Positions 48,840 to 61,836 of a stretch of 64,000 nucleotides of DNA are shown piece after piece. The stretch covers positions 744,001 to 808,000 of the forward strand of contig NIVC01000037.1 of the NCBI GenBank assembly GCA_002269645.1. Direction: 5' to 3'. Under the pieces are notes generated by a model, which worked only from the letters and a program-made list of their open reading frames with translations, was not told the DNA's origin and searched no databases. Origin of the DNA: Macrostomum lignano (lineage: Eukaryota). The stretch's first letter is position 1; each line of letters starts with the position of its first letter. Made by a program: the position numbers and the translations under genes.

Positions 48840-51800
48840 TCAAATGGCTGCCAGAGCCGAGAAGCCCCCGGCAACCGCCAGAGTGACAATGGCTGACAGG
48901 CTGGCAGCGAGTTTCATGCCAGACTTTGGCGGGTCCGGGCACAGCTGGGGAGGTGTCCAGCTGCCCGGGTCCAGGCCCTTCAGTAGCAGCGTCTCCTGCT
49001 CGAAGACGAATGACTGCATCACCAGCTGGCTGGCGTTGACACTGTCGCGTCTGACAGTCAGAAAGGACAGCGGATTGGCCCAGACCGCATACGGCACCGT
49101 GATGCTCTCGGCTGTCCGCTCGATTATGTTGCCAGGACTGGAGGACTCCTGCGGCTCCAGCAGGTTCACGAAGAACTGATAAGGCTCCGGTTCGGCCGTC
49201 AGCGAGACAGGGATCAGCTCCAGCTTGCCTATGCCGTACAGCAGTGTCAAACTGCCAGCGGTCTCGTTAGGGTGCACGCGCACCTGACCAAATCCAAAGT
49301 TGGCGTACCTGCCACAGGCGGGAATTGTTCGATGTGTCTTTTATCTACTGCGAGATGAGGGGTTTAGGACAGCTCTGAATCCGTGATATTAATTATTCTA
49401 TTCACCTCACTCCCGCACCCACCTCACTCCCGCACCCACCTCACTTCCGCACCCACCTCACTCCCGCACCCACCTCACTCCCGCACCCACCTCACTCCCG
49501 CACCCACCTCACTTCCGCACCCATCTCACTCCCGCACCCACCTCACTCCCGCACCCATCTCACTCCCGCACCCACCTCACTCCCGCACCCACCTCACTCC
49601 CGCACCCATCTCACTCCCGCACCCACCTCACTCCCGCACCCACCTCACTCCTGCACCCACCTCACTCCTCCTTCTATTTATTCCACCCACCAATTCTAAA
49701 TGGCAATGCCCTTTATTTAACATCACTCTTCGATAATGTCATCACACTGCAAGCTAAAGGACAAGCAAAAATTCAATAATAATTGCATCTATGAGCAGCG
49801 CACCTGCCGGTCAGTAGATTAACCTCGTCGCTGGTCAATTTTCGTCGCTGCATTTTGTGCACCCTGGGATCGGCTGGTATTTTATTGAATATCTCGCAGA
49901 CGTTGTCCTCTGTCACGAATGAATGGTTTCTTAGCAGCAAGTCAGCGATGTACTTGTTGATAACAGATGCGTAAGCGACTTGAAGGGGGCACTGTCCACC
50001 TGTTCCAGTGTCATGTGATTGAACACGGCCAGGTTCTGACTGGGGAAGATGTCCAACTCGCAGCGCACACCTAGCAGAGAGCCACCGTGACTGAAATCCA
50101 GGTGCCCTGTGCAGGTTGAAAAGCTGCTTTGTGCAACGCTTGAAAATCGTATTGTTAGCTTGCAAAAGTACAAGGACAAGGTGGGTGAACGAGTGGGTTG
50201 GGTGCAGGAGTGAGGTGGGTGAACGAGTGGGGTGGGTGCAGGAGTGAGGTGGGTGCAGGAGTAAGGTGGGTGCAGAAGTGAGGTGGGTGCAGGAGTGAGG
50301 TGGGTGAACGAGTGGGGTGGGTGCAGGAGTGGGGTGGTGCAGGAGTGAGGTGGGTGAACGATTGGGGTGGGTGCAGGAGTGGGGTGGTGCAGGAGTGAGG
50401 TGGGTGAACGATTGGGGTGGGTGCAGGAGTGGGGTGGTGCAGGAGTGAGGTGGGTGAACGATTGGGGTGGGTGCAGGAGTGGGGTGGTGCAGGAGTGAGA
50501 TGGGTGCAGTAGTGGGGTGTGAACGAGTGGGGTGGGTGAACGAATTGGGTGGGTGCAGCAGTGGGGTGGGTTCAGGAGTGAGGTGGGTGCAGGAGTGAGG
50601 TGGGTACGGGAGTGAGGTGGGTGCAGGAGTGGGGTGGGTGCAGGAGTGAGGTGGGTGAACGATTGGGGTGGGTGCAGGAGTGGGGTGGTGCAGGAGTGAG
50701 GTGGGTGAACGATTAGGGTGGGTGCAGGAGTGGGGTGGTGCAGGAGTGAGGTGGGTGAACGATTGGGGTGGGTGCAGGAGTGGGGTGGTGCAGGAGTGAG
50801 ATGGGTGCAGTAGTGGGGTGGGTGAACGAGTGGGGTGGGTGAACGAATTGGGTGGGTGCAGGAGTGGGGTGGGTTCAGGAGTGAGGTGGGTGCAGGAGTG
50901 AGGTGGGTACGGGAGTGAGGTGGGTGCAGGAGTGGGGTGGGTGCAGGAGTGAGGTGGGGGCACATAATATGAGAAAAGACTCACTTCGATACCAGGTCCG
51001 CATCCAGCCACGGCCGTAGGACTCGATCTCCCAGTCCGGCAGGTCGCTGACCACGCTGGCATTGTACAACTGCGGGTTGAACAGGGCGTTAATCCCAACT
51101 CCTGCTGCCAAGGCGTTCAACGGTCGAAACTGTCCCGGCGCCGGCTCGTAGACGGAGTGGTTGGGGCTGGCGAGGTGGCGCATGTACCGCGACATGTCCG
51201 GCAGCGAGGCCAAAATGCCGCCGGCAGCTTCAACGAACCTTGTAGCTCTATGCAATACATTAATTAGTGACGCTTTGTCTTACTAGTAGTAGGATGATAA
51301 ACGTTTTCACTTGTTTTTAAGAAATTGATATAAAAAAATTGAAAAATAATGCCAAAACCGTGTCAAGTTAGCCTGGCGCTGCAACTCATCACAGCTTAAC
51401 TAATCAAATAATTTAAAGCCCAGACTCACCGCTCCATCTTGGACATCTCCAGCGGCACTTCCAGCCGCTTGTACTGCTGATTGATGACGACTCGGTCCAG
51501 CAGTTGTTTCTGCTTGATCTCTGAGCTGCCGTGAGTGTCCGTCATGCCCAGCGGTTGCCAGAGAAACTCGCGCATGTACTGGACGAAGCTGCGGTTCGTC
51601 AGGCGTTGCACAGCCATATCAGCGATTGTCCACACCAGGTTGTTGTAGACGAACGAGCCGCGGAATTCTGAGGCTGTCTTGAGTCGCCCGACATGTCTGA
51701 AGGTGGGAAAATAGGATTTGAGGAACTCAGGGTAATCTGCTCAAGGTGTCTCAGGTAGGGTGAGAGGAGGACTCAATGTAGTCTGCTCAAGGTGTCTCAG

Positions 51801-54380
51801 GTAGAGTGAGAGGAGGACTCAATGTAATCTGCTCAAGGTGTCTCAGGTAGAGTGAGAGGAGGACTCAATGTAATCTGCTCAAGGTGTCTCAGGTAGAGTG
51901 AGAGGAGGACTCAATGTAGTCTGCTCAAGGTGTCTCAGGTAGAGTGAGAGGAGGACTCAGTGTAATCTGCTCAAGGTGTCTCAGGTAGAGTGAGAGGAGG
52001 ACTCAATGTAGTCTGCTCAAGGTGTCTCAGGTAGAGTGAGAGGAGGACTCAATGTAATCTGCTCAAGGTGTCTCAGGTAGGGTGAGAGGAGGACTCGATG
52101 TAACCTGCTCAAGGTGTCTTAGGTAGAGTGAGAGGAGGACTCGATGTAACCTGCTCAAGGTGTCTCAGGTAGAGTGAGAGGAGGACTCGATGTAATCTGC
52201 TCAAGGTGTCTCAGGTAGGGTGAGAGGAGGACTCAATGTAGTCTGCTCAAGGTGTCTCAGGTAGGGTGAGAGGAGGACTCGATGTAACCTGCTCAAGGTG
52301 TCTTAGGTAGAGTGAGAGGAGGACTCGATGTAACCTGCTCAAGGTGTCTCAGGTAGGGTGAGAGGAGGACTCAATGTAGTCTGCTCAAGGTGTCTCAGGT
52401 AGGGTGAGAGGAGGACTCGATGTAACCTGCTCAAGGTGTCTTAGGTAGAGTGAGAGGAGGACTCGATGTAATCTGCTCAAGGTGTCTCAGGTAGGGTGAG
52501 AGGAGGACTCAATGTAGTCTGCTCAAGGTGTCTCAGGTAGGGTGAGAGGAGGACTCGATGTAACCTGCTCAAGGTGTCTTAGGTAGAGTGAGAGGAGGAC
52601 TCGATGTAACCTGCTCAAGGTGTCTCAGGTAGGGTGAGAGGAGGACTCGATGTAATCTGCTCAAGGTGTCTCAGGTAGGGTGAGAGGAGGACTCGATGTA
52701 ACCTTCTCAAGGTGTCTTAGGTGGAGTGAGAGGAGGACTCAATGTAATCTGCTCAAGGTGTCTCAGGTAGGGTGAGAGGAGGACTCAATGTAGTCTGCTC
52801 AAGGTGTCTCAGGTAGGGTGAGAGGAGGACTCGATGTAACCTGCTCAAGGTGTCTTAGGTAGAGTGAGAGGAGGACTCGATGTAACCTGCTCAAGGTGTC
52901 TCAGGTAGGGTGAGAGGAGGACTCGATGTAATCTGCTCAAGGTGTCTCAGGTAGGGTGAGAGGAGGACTCGATGTAACCTTCTCAAGGTGTCTTAGGTGG
53001 AGTGAGAGGAGGACTCAATGTAATCTGCTCAAGGTGTCTCAGGTAGGGTGAGAGGAGGACTCAATGTAGTCTGCTCAAGGTGTCTCAGGTAGGGTGAGAG
53101 GAGGACTCGATGTAACCTGCTCAAGGTGTCTTAGGTAGAGTGAGAGGCGGACTCGATGTAATCTGCTCAAGGTGTCTCAGGTAGGGTGAGAGGAGGACTC
53201 AATGTAGTCTGCTCAAGGTGTCTCAGGTAGGGTGAGAGGAGGACTCGATGTAACCTGCTCAAGGTGTCTTAGGTAGAGTGAGAGGAGGACTCGATGTAAC
53301 CTGCTCAAGGTGTCTCAGGTAGAGTGAGAGGAGGACTCGATGTAATCTGCTCAAGGTGTCTCAGGTAGGGTGAGAGGAGGACTCGATGTAATCTGCTCAA
53401 GGTGTCTTAGGTAGAGTGAGAGGAGGACTCAATGTAGTCTGCTCAAGGTGTCTCAGGTAGCGTGAGAGGAGGACTCAATGTAGTCTGCTCAATGTGTCTT
53501 AGGTAGGGTGAGTGGAGGACTCAATGTAATCTGCTCAAGGTGTCTTAGGTAGGGTGAGTGGATCAGGACTCAATGTAGTCTGCTCAAGGTGCCTCAGGTA
53601 GGGTGAGTGGATCAGGACTCAATGTAGTCTGCTCAAGGTGCCTCAGGTAGGGTGAGTGGATCAGGACTTAATGTAGTCTGCTCAAGGTGCCTCAGGTAGG
53701 GTGAGTGGATCAGGACTCAATGTAGTCTGCTCAAGGTGTCTCATGTAGGGTGAGAGGAGGGCTCGGTGCAAGGATAGTACACTTACTTGGCCAGATCCTC
53801 TTTGCTCTGCCACTCATTCAGATACCACATGCTGTCGTGTCTGGACAGTCCAGTTCTATGGCTCAGCATGTCGTCAATGGTGACAATCTCGCTGAGTCCA
53901 TGATCGGCAAACCAGAAGCTCTGATCTCCAATCAGCTGTTTTATTGGAGTGCTGAACAAGCTGCAAGATAAATACCGAATGAAATTTGTACTTTTAATTA
54001 CTTTGTCTCCGGCCGGCTACCGATTTTAGATTTGCTTACCTAAACGACTGATTCTTAAGTTGTTCGCGAAGGTGCTTCTCCACTTGAATCAGTGCCGTGC
54101 CAAACATTCCCTTGCTAACGGTGGCCAGGTACAGCAGCCGTACATCAGTGTCGGCAATGTCTTTGATCTCGCCGCTAGCCAGCTTCTCCAGTTTGACGCT
54201 GAAAATCTCCTGGTTAGCGTGCACCACTGCTGCGTGCAGCTGCGGCACCGACTGACAGCGCATGGTGCGCTCCAGCACCCGACGGACTGCCGCGGTGTCC
54301 AGCGGGTAATAGGAGGCACCCGCCGCCACCAGCTGCAAGCAGCACAGAAGGACGAATGCCAGGTTCCACACAGACTGCAT
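48840..54380 (-). CDS. Secreted, probably GPI-anchored serine beta-lactamase-fold protein with a C-terminal DUF3471-like domain; exons 54380-54040, 53960-53787, 51696-51430, 51247-50985, 50106-49804 (2-nt frameshift), 49308-48840; 604 aa if corrected
   Basis: Signal peptide MQSVWNLAFVLLCCLQLVAAG; ATVSK in place of SxxK; VTIDDMLSHRTG; FRGSFVYNN (YxN); LWQPLGM; AAGGILASLPDMSRYM; YGRGW; FSHGG; GRYANFGFGQV; hydrophobic C-terminus. Splice phases are consistent except exon 5, which is 2 nt too long. May be a pseudogene or an assembly error. Confidence 0.85.
49400..49670. repeat. 17-bp minisatellite CACCTCACTCCCGCACC in intron 5 of the beta-lactamase-like gene
   Basis: Period 17; reverse complement of the unit at 50180-50960. 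Confidence 0.93.
50180..50960. repeat. 17-bp-based minisatellite GGGTGCAGGAGTGAGGT in intron 4 of the beta-lactamase-like gene
   Basis: Seen directly, with composite longer units. Confidence 0.93.
51720..53760. repeat. 46-bp minisatellite, about 44 units, in intron 2 of the beta-lactamase-like gene
   Basis: GTAGGGTGAGAGGAGGACTCAATGTAATCTGCTCAAGGTGTCTCAG, period 46. Confidence 0.96.
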
Positions 54381-54732
54381 TATGCCTAGTTTTGTTGTTT
54401 CAGCTGACTGAGTCTTGGACTTTTACTCTGCTAATTGAACAGCTCTAAAAAAGGTTCTTTTAAGAAAGCTCGTTCGGCAGTGCGGCTTATCTTTTGAGAT
54501 CTTTTGACTCACTCTTTGTGCTTTGATTGAGTCCAATACGAACTAGAAGATAAGATACCAACGAGAGAGCAGCTCACCTTGTGGTACTTTCTCCATTTTA
54601 TAACCAATTAAATATTTTAAAGTTCAACTTGGTAGTGACGGTTTTGCTGCTACTAAAATTGACGTGCATAGCTTATGCATTCCATATCGACCTCTTCGGT
54701 TCGCCCTTGTGCCTTTTTGTTTGAAATCTGCC

Positions 54733-55122
54733 GCTCTCCGCCCTTTCAGTCCTTAACTCTGCCCCTCTCCGCCCATTCAGTCCTTAACTCTGCCCCTCTC
54801 CGCCCATTCAGTCCTTAACTCTGCCCCTCTCCGCCCATTCAGTCCTTAACTCTGCCCCTCTCCGCCCATTCAGTCCTTAACTCTGCCCCTCTCCGCCCAT
54901 TCAGTCCTTAACTCTGCCTCTCTCCGCCCTTTCTGACTTTCAATCTGCCTCTCTCCGCTCTTTCTGACTTTCAATCTGCCTCTCTCCGCCCTTTCTGACT
55001 TTCAATCTGCCTCTCTCCGCTCTTTCTGACTTTCAATCTGCCTCTCTCCGCTCTTTCTGACTTTCAATCTGCCTCTCTCCGCTCTTTCTGACTTTCAATC
55101 TGCCTCTCTCCGCTCTTTCAGT
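54733..55122. repeat. 31-bp minisatellite in two variant blocks, upstream of the beta-lactamase-like ATG
   Basis: CCGCCCATTCAGTCCTTAACTCTGCCCCTCT followed by CCGCTCTTTCTGACTTTCAATCTGCCTCTCT. Confidence 0.9.
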
Positions 55123-56129
55123 CCGTAGGGTTTCAACCATAGAATAAGCAAACGCTAGCCAAACAATAATGCTATACCTATAGATTCAAAACGATCAAAA
55201 CGATTTTTTCATATCTGCACGTCTTGATTAAAGTTGAATAGCTCATATACGCCAGCCGCAATTCACGCTATGAACTTCATCGTTGCCCCTATGATATTAA
55301 ATCAAAGTGCAGCAGGCTTGGTCATCAGCCTGGTCACCATCTGCGTCTGCTGTTGCTACCTGACTGGCGTAATTCTGCAGCTTGGCATTGAATCCGCCAA
55401 GGTGCATCTTCAGCTCGCAGACAGAGCAATAGTTGGACCTTCAATATCGTTGAGCGCCGCTCTGACTCTCTCTTTGACCTGCAACTCTCTGCTGCTCTGC
55501 TGTCTGCCAGTCTGCCTGCTGCTTGGCATCCTCTGGCGTCAGCAGGCCGTCGTCTCATCGACTGCGGCACTGCAGACGGACGCAGATGCCGATGAAGCTG
55601 ATACCACAGCTGATGATGACGGGCAAGGCGACTCCTGAGTCATGCTGTCAACGCATTTTTGATGATGCTGAAGTATTCTCTTACCTGTGGTTCCCATCCA
55701 CCCCTCCGGTCACCGAGAGTTTCTGTCTATGGCTGCAACTTCAGGCTAAAATTGATGTACAAAGACTTAATTAGGCTCATATCTGTTTAAAGTCGCCGAT
55801 TCTATATTCTTGTACTTTTGAGCTACAAATTTCTATGAATAGAAATCGCAGTGACTAGAGGGGTGGGTTGGGTTATAAAACCGAGCATCGGCTCTTCTGT
55901 GCAATTAACTGCCCTTAATTGGGCAATTTGGTTTGCTCACTAATTGGCCATTTTACGGTGACCAAGTAAGTGATTTGTGTGTCAAGTGCTCATTTGCCTT
56001 GGGCAAGTTGTTTTTTGTGTTAGTCTCAAAGCGATGACAGATAATTTCTCTGATTGAGTTTTGAGCTTCTCAGCTGCTTATTAACGTGTGAAAAGGGACT
56101 GACTGCTGGGTGTCTGTCACGTGCCTATG

Positions 56130-56560
56130 AAATGTCACTGTGGTGTCTGAAGGGTCTGTGAGGTGATTGTGAGGTGTCTATGAGGTTTCTGTGAGGTGTC
56201 TGTGAGGTGTTTGTGAGGTGTCTGTGAGGTGTCTGTGAGGTGTCTCTGGGGTGTCTGTGAGGTGTTTGTGAGGTGTTTGTGAGGTGTCTGTGAGGTGTCT
56301 GTGAGGTGTCTGTGAGGTGTCTGTGAGGTGTCTGTGAGGTGTCTGTGAGGTTTTTGTAAGGTGTCTGTGAGGTGTCTGTGAGGTGTCTTTTTGGTGTCTC
56401 TGATGGGTATGCTGAGTGTGTGAAGTTTCTGTGAGGTGTCTGTGAGGTGTCTGTGAGGTGTCTGTGAGGTGTCTGTGAGGTGTCTGTAGAATGTCTGTGG
56501 GGTGTCTGTGAGGTGTCTATCAGGTGTCTGTTTGTATCTGTCTGCTGAGTGTCTGAGGGA
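56130..56560. repeat. 11-bp minisatellite TGTGAGGTGTC
   Basis: Period 11. Confidence 0.9.
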
Positions 56561-57774
56561 TTCTGCTGAACTGGATGGAGTCTCCTAGAGCTGAACGCTG
56601 ACTCCATCCCGTTTTTGATGGGTCGAGCATTCAATTATGCGACTTTATAATTTGAAATAAAAATTCAGTTCATCATCAAGAATTTTATTTGGTACTGACA
56701 GGTAATTCATACAATCGACTCCCAATATCAGGTCCTACCGATCTGATTTTTGTCAATGTCAGTAAAAATCAACTTTGTAGTAAGAATGAAGAAAAAGTTG
56801 CACTCATTACCAATTCACGGGCTCCTGTGCTTGTGGACAAGAAATTTTCGATACAATGGACCCCCTGTGGAGAGCGGCGCAAATGCGGTGGGTGCAACAG
56901 CAAGTGTTACGCAATCAATGCTTGAAGACCGAAGTCTTCATTCGCAGTTCTGTGTTTCTGTCTCCCTCCCCAAGTCTGTCAGTTAAACGGGCCTGCAAGT
57001 CCTCAGTCAGTTTAGTGTCTTTAAAAATTAAAATTCAAAACTACATATTGACGCGGCTATCTTGCTTTTCTTCAGACTATAGACTAAAAAATGGAAATAG
57101 TTTGACCATATTAAAAATTGTATACATTTTAAAACCTTTTCGCGCCGGAGCTAGAAATACAAAAGCTCCGTTCCTGGCGACATGGTCAGCAGGGCTGGCC
57201 ATAGACTATAGCTAGAATCTTAATGCGCCGCTGTGCAAAACCTTTCTAGCCGAGAAGGGAGCATTTTATACTCGGCTTGGACAAATCTTGGGTCGAAAAA
57301 AGCAGTTCAAAGTGCATTTCACTTAATGCTCTCTGAATAGATTATGCAGTGTGTACACTCGATAACTAGCAATAGCCACTACAGCACTTTAAAATCTTCA
57401 AACAGGCCTTTTTGAAAGAGAAAGCACTGCACCTTTTTAATACGAGTAGGGCATCATTTTATTGAAAAGTAAATCAGCTACAACCATAGAAATTTTGCAT
57501 ACATCGGATTCTGAGACTGATGATGTCATCACAAAGAATGCTGAAACCGATTCGCTGCATTCCATTGCCGATATGTCGGACTTTTTTCACCCATTTTTCG
57601 TATGATCAGCGCTGCTGACCATGCTCGACAGGAACGGCTACTGTGCAGCTCATAGCTTTTCTTTTACCATAGACTGCAAAAATTACCAGCAGTAAAGGTT
57701 TTTGGTCCATGCCGGCAGCTTAAAGTTAATACAGGATTTGGTTTGACTTTTGAGGTTAGAAGTTTGTTCCGTAG

Positions 57775-57809
57775 TCAACAACAACAATGACAATGAAAAT
57801 CACAACAGC

Positions 57810-57854
<45 letters not shown>

Positions 57855-58004
57855 AGCAATAACAACAACAACAACAGCAACAACAACAACAACAACAACA
57901 ACAACAAAACTAACGACAACAACAACAACAACAACAACAATAGCAATAACCACAACAACAGCAACAACAACAACAACACCAACAACAACAACAACAACAA
58001 AACT

Positions 58005-58035
<31 letters not shown>

Positions 58036-58136
58036 GCAATAGCAATAACCACAACAACAACAAAACTAACAACAACAACAACAACAACAACAAAACTAAC
58101 AACAACAACAACAACAACAACAACAGCAATAGCAAT

Positions 58137-58168
<32 letters not shown>

Positions 58169-58205
58169 AACTAACAACAACAACAACAACAACAGCAATA
58201 GCAAT

Positions 58206-58237
<32 letters not shown>

Positions 58238-58331
58238 AACTAACAACAACAACAACAACAACAACAATAGCAATAACCACAACAACAACAACAACAACAA
58301 CAACAAAACCAACAACAACAACAACAAAACT

Positions 58332-58365
<34 letters not shown>

Positions 58366-58535
58366 GCAATAGCAATAACCACAACAACAACAAAACTAAC
58401 AACAACAACAACAACAACAACAACAGCAATAGCAATAACCACAACAACAGCAACAACAACAACAACAAAACTAACAACAACAAAACTAACAACAACAACA
58501 ACTACAGCAACTACAATAGCAACAACAATAACAAC
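57775..58535. repeat. Interrupted (AAC)n trinucleotide array
   Basis: Seen directly. Confidence 0.96.
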
Positions 58536-59125
58536 ATTGGCTTCCTTCCATCAAGCTTTGCGCTCTGAACCCTCCAAAAAGTAAAATAAAAATGAGTTCA
58601 ATTATGACTCCCGTACTGACAGCTCAGGTCCTGGCCCATATTCAGTATTCAAAAGAACAGGAAGATTGGATCGAGAGCTTCACAAAGTCGAGTCCAAGTC
58701 AAGAGGATTGGAATTAGTTGCCAGGGCAGTCTTAATAAAAAATCCCCAGTTTTTTAAGTGGACTGACTATCAGTGCTCTAACCAGCTTTAAGTGGTTAGG
58801 AAATTAATTTATATGGATATTGGTTGACTTCATTTCGATAATTTTTTAGGTGAAGAGGGACCAGAACCTGGCACCGACTGTCCCACCAGGTGCGAAATTT
58901 TGCTATTTATTGATAAGCAGAACTGTGATCCTAAAATGGGAGGATAGGCCATTAGCAACTTTTTTATTAATCATTCCCCTAAGATGCCGCCATCGTGAGT
59001 GGTTAGTGGTTTCTAAGGCAAAAACAATGCATCGATGAGAAATCTGATACAACTTACTCGCAATGACATAAGCTAGCGCCTTCTGAATAAAATTATTAAT
59101 CTCTCTCAAAGGTAGATTAAAGTTC

Positions 59126-60128
59126 AGAATAGAATAGAATAGAATAGAATAGAATAGAATAGAAAAGAATAGAATAGAAAAGAATATAATAGAATAGAGT
59201 AGAATAGAATAGAATAGAATATAATAGAATAGAATAAAATAGAATAGAATAGAATAGAATAGAATAGAATAGAATAGAATAGAATAGAACATAATATAAT
59301 TTAATAGAATAGAATAGAATAGAATCGAATAGAATAGTATAGAATAGAATAGAATAGAATAGAATAGAATAGAATAGAATAGAATAGAATAGAATAGAGT
59401 AGAATAGAGTACGAGTAGAATAGAGTAGAATAGAATAGAATAGAGTAGAGTAGAATAGAATCGAATAGAGTAGAGTAGAATAGAATAGAATAGAATAGAA
59501 TAGAATAGAATAGAATAGAATAGAATAGAATAGAATAGAATAGAATAGAGTAGAATAGAATAGAATAGATTAGAATAGAATAGAATAGAATAGAATAGAA
59601 TAGAATAGAATAGAATAGAATAGAATAGAATAGAATAGAATAGAATAGAATAGAATAGAATAGAATAGAATAGAATAGAATAGAATAGAATAGAATAGAA
59701 TAGAATAGAGTAGAGTAGAATAGAGTAGAATAGAGTAGAATAGAATAGAATAGAGTAGAGTAGAATATAATAGAATAGAATAGAATAGAATAGAATAGAA
59801 TAGAATAGAATAGAATAGAATAGAATAGAATAGAATAGAATAGAATAGAATAGAATAGAATAGAGTAGAATAGAATATAATAGAATAGAATAGAATAGAA
59901 TAGAATAGAATAGAATAGAGTAGAGTAGAATAGAATAGAATAGAATAGAATAGAATAGAATAGAATAGAATAGAATAGAATAGAATAGAATAGAATAGAA
60001 TAGAATAGAATAGAATAGAATAGAATAGAATAGAATAGAATAGAATAGAATAGAATAGAATAGAATAGAATAGAATAGAGTAGAATAGAATATAATAGAA
60101 TAGAATAGAATAGGGTAGGATAGAATAG
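59126..60128. repeat. (GAATA)n pentanucleotide satellite
   Basis: Seen directly. Confidence 0.96.
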
Positions 60129-60714
60129 TAGTGGTGAGTCAGAACCCTTCTCCTCATCATTAAGCATCCAACCAGCGAAGCATGATAGCTGAGATCGGAA
60201 TTCATGAGCAACTCAAACTCGCAACTGGAATTAACGCGAGTAACAAAGCCAATCTAAATAAGTGAGCGAGCGAGATGGAGTGGGCACTCTATCAAACTGA
60301 ATGTTTAGTCTGATTCAGATAGCTAATTTAATAGTAAAGTCAGTTAATTGCATCCCCAATTTTAGCAAGCCGCCCTGCCAGACAAGGGTGTGCTTGATTT
60401 TGCTCTAGTTTAATCACAGCTGACAAATAAAGTTTGACGTCAAAACACACAACGCAACGGGGATTGCTGTTAGCTTGAAAACGCAAAACTGCTGTGGGCT
60501 TAATTCGGCACCTTTTTGAGCTGAGGGGAGGCGTTTACCTTTTATGGTTAGCATTGACACCTTTTTGACAATCGAAATGAGCTGCTGCTCTTTTGAGGCT
60601 GGAAGCCAAAAATCGGAAGGTGTGAAGCGAGAGGTGTGAGCAACGCTGGCAAAGCAAGCGGGGAGAGGAGAGGCTTTAGTGCAGAGTTGACCACTGAGAA
60701 GGATGGGGGAATTA

Positions 60715-61080
60715 GGAGTAGAATGAGATATGAGAAAGAGAAGGGGACAGAGAATGCAGAGGGGAGGAAGGTAGAGAGAGGGGGGATAATGAGAAAGTAG
60801 AGCGGGAGAGAGGAGAAAGGAGAGAGGGAGAGGGGAGAAAGGAGAGAGGGAGAGGGGAGAAAGGAGAGAGGGAGAGGGGAGAAAGTAGAGCGGGAGAGAG
60901 GAGAAAGGGGAGAGGGAGAGGGAAGAAAGGAGAGAGGGAGAGGGAGAAAGGAGAGAGGGAGAGAGGGAGAGGGGAGAAAGGAGAGAGGGAGAGGGGAGAA
61001 GAGGAGGGGGAGAGAGGGAGAGAGGGCAGAGGGGAGAGAGGAAAGAGGAGAGAGGAGAAAGGAGAGAGGAGAGGAAGCGA
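60715..61080. repeat. GA-rich polypurine tract
   Basis: Seen directly. Confidence 0.88.
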
Positions 61081-61836
61081 AGTGCCGATATTTCGAGTTC
61101 GGTTACTTTTCGTCAGGGCAGAATGCGAGTAAAATTTATTTGGCACAAATTGCCGCCAATATTTAAAGTCGATAACGTCAGGGAGAAGAGGGACAGGGTT
61201 TGAGGGAGAGGAGGAGAGGGAAGAGAAGGAGAGGGAGACGCATGTACAATCCACGATAAATAGCCGAATGAACAAAAAGAAAAGGAGCCGATATTCTGAT
61301 AAAAGGAATTTTCAATATTTAAAGAAAAGAGAGAGAACATGGGGAGAGATGGTTTGAAAAGAGGTCAGGGCAGAGAAAGAGAGGAGTAAAAAGTAAAAAT
61401 TTTAGAAGAGAATAAAACAGTTTGGCTGTTTCCCAATTCCCTGTGTCATCTCTAGAGATGAAGAGAGCATAATCTGGTATTTTTTAACAAGCAGGGAATT
61501 TGCAGCAGCCCTCAATTACACTGGAGCAGCTGCACAGCAACCTATCTAAAACCAAGGATACAGAATAAAGGCATGTAATTAAAAGCCAATTTCAGAACCA
61601 TGGCCTCACGAGGAAATTCGAGGGCTATTCGAATAGATGAAGCCTGACTGTCTTGACAAGTCGCGTGACCGAGAAGGGGTCTCAGGCGGATTCTGAAACA
61701 AAAATTTCTTAACCTTCACTGAACCCCTAGGGGCATGATTTGTGCAGACACACACACACACGCACACAAGATAAAGCTTCTTTGCTATCAGGACCTGCAG
61801 TCAGGCAAAACAAAACAAGTAATTATGATTGGATTT

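Noticed and set aside
51720-53760. Regular 46-bp array (and the 41, 44 and 70-bp arrays) as CRISPR
   Set aside because: Head-to-tail units without unique spacers, no cas genes, and a eukaryotic intronic context.
55280-55650. Selenoprotein via three in-frame TGA codons on the - strand
   Set aside because: No SECIS-like hairpin identified and no redox-motif context for the TGAs.
56689-56986. Zinc-finger-like CGGC/CY segment as a transposase remnant
   Set aside because: Short ORFs without additional motifs or terminal repeats; insufficient evidence.
57750-60211. Poly-N/T/V/L and YSILF ORFs
   Set aside because: Translations of the (AAC)n and (GAATA)n satellites.
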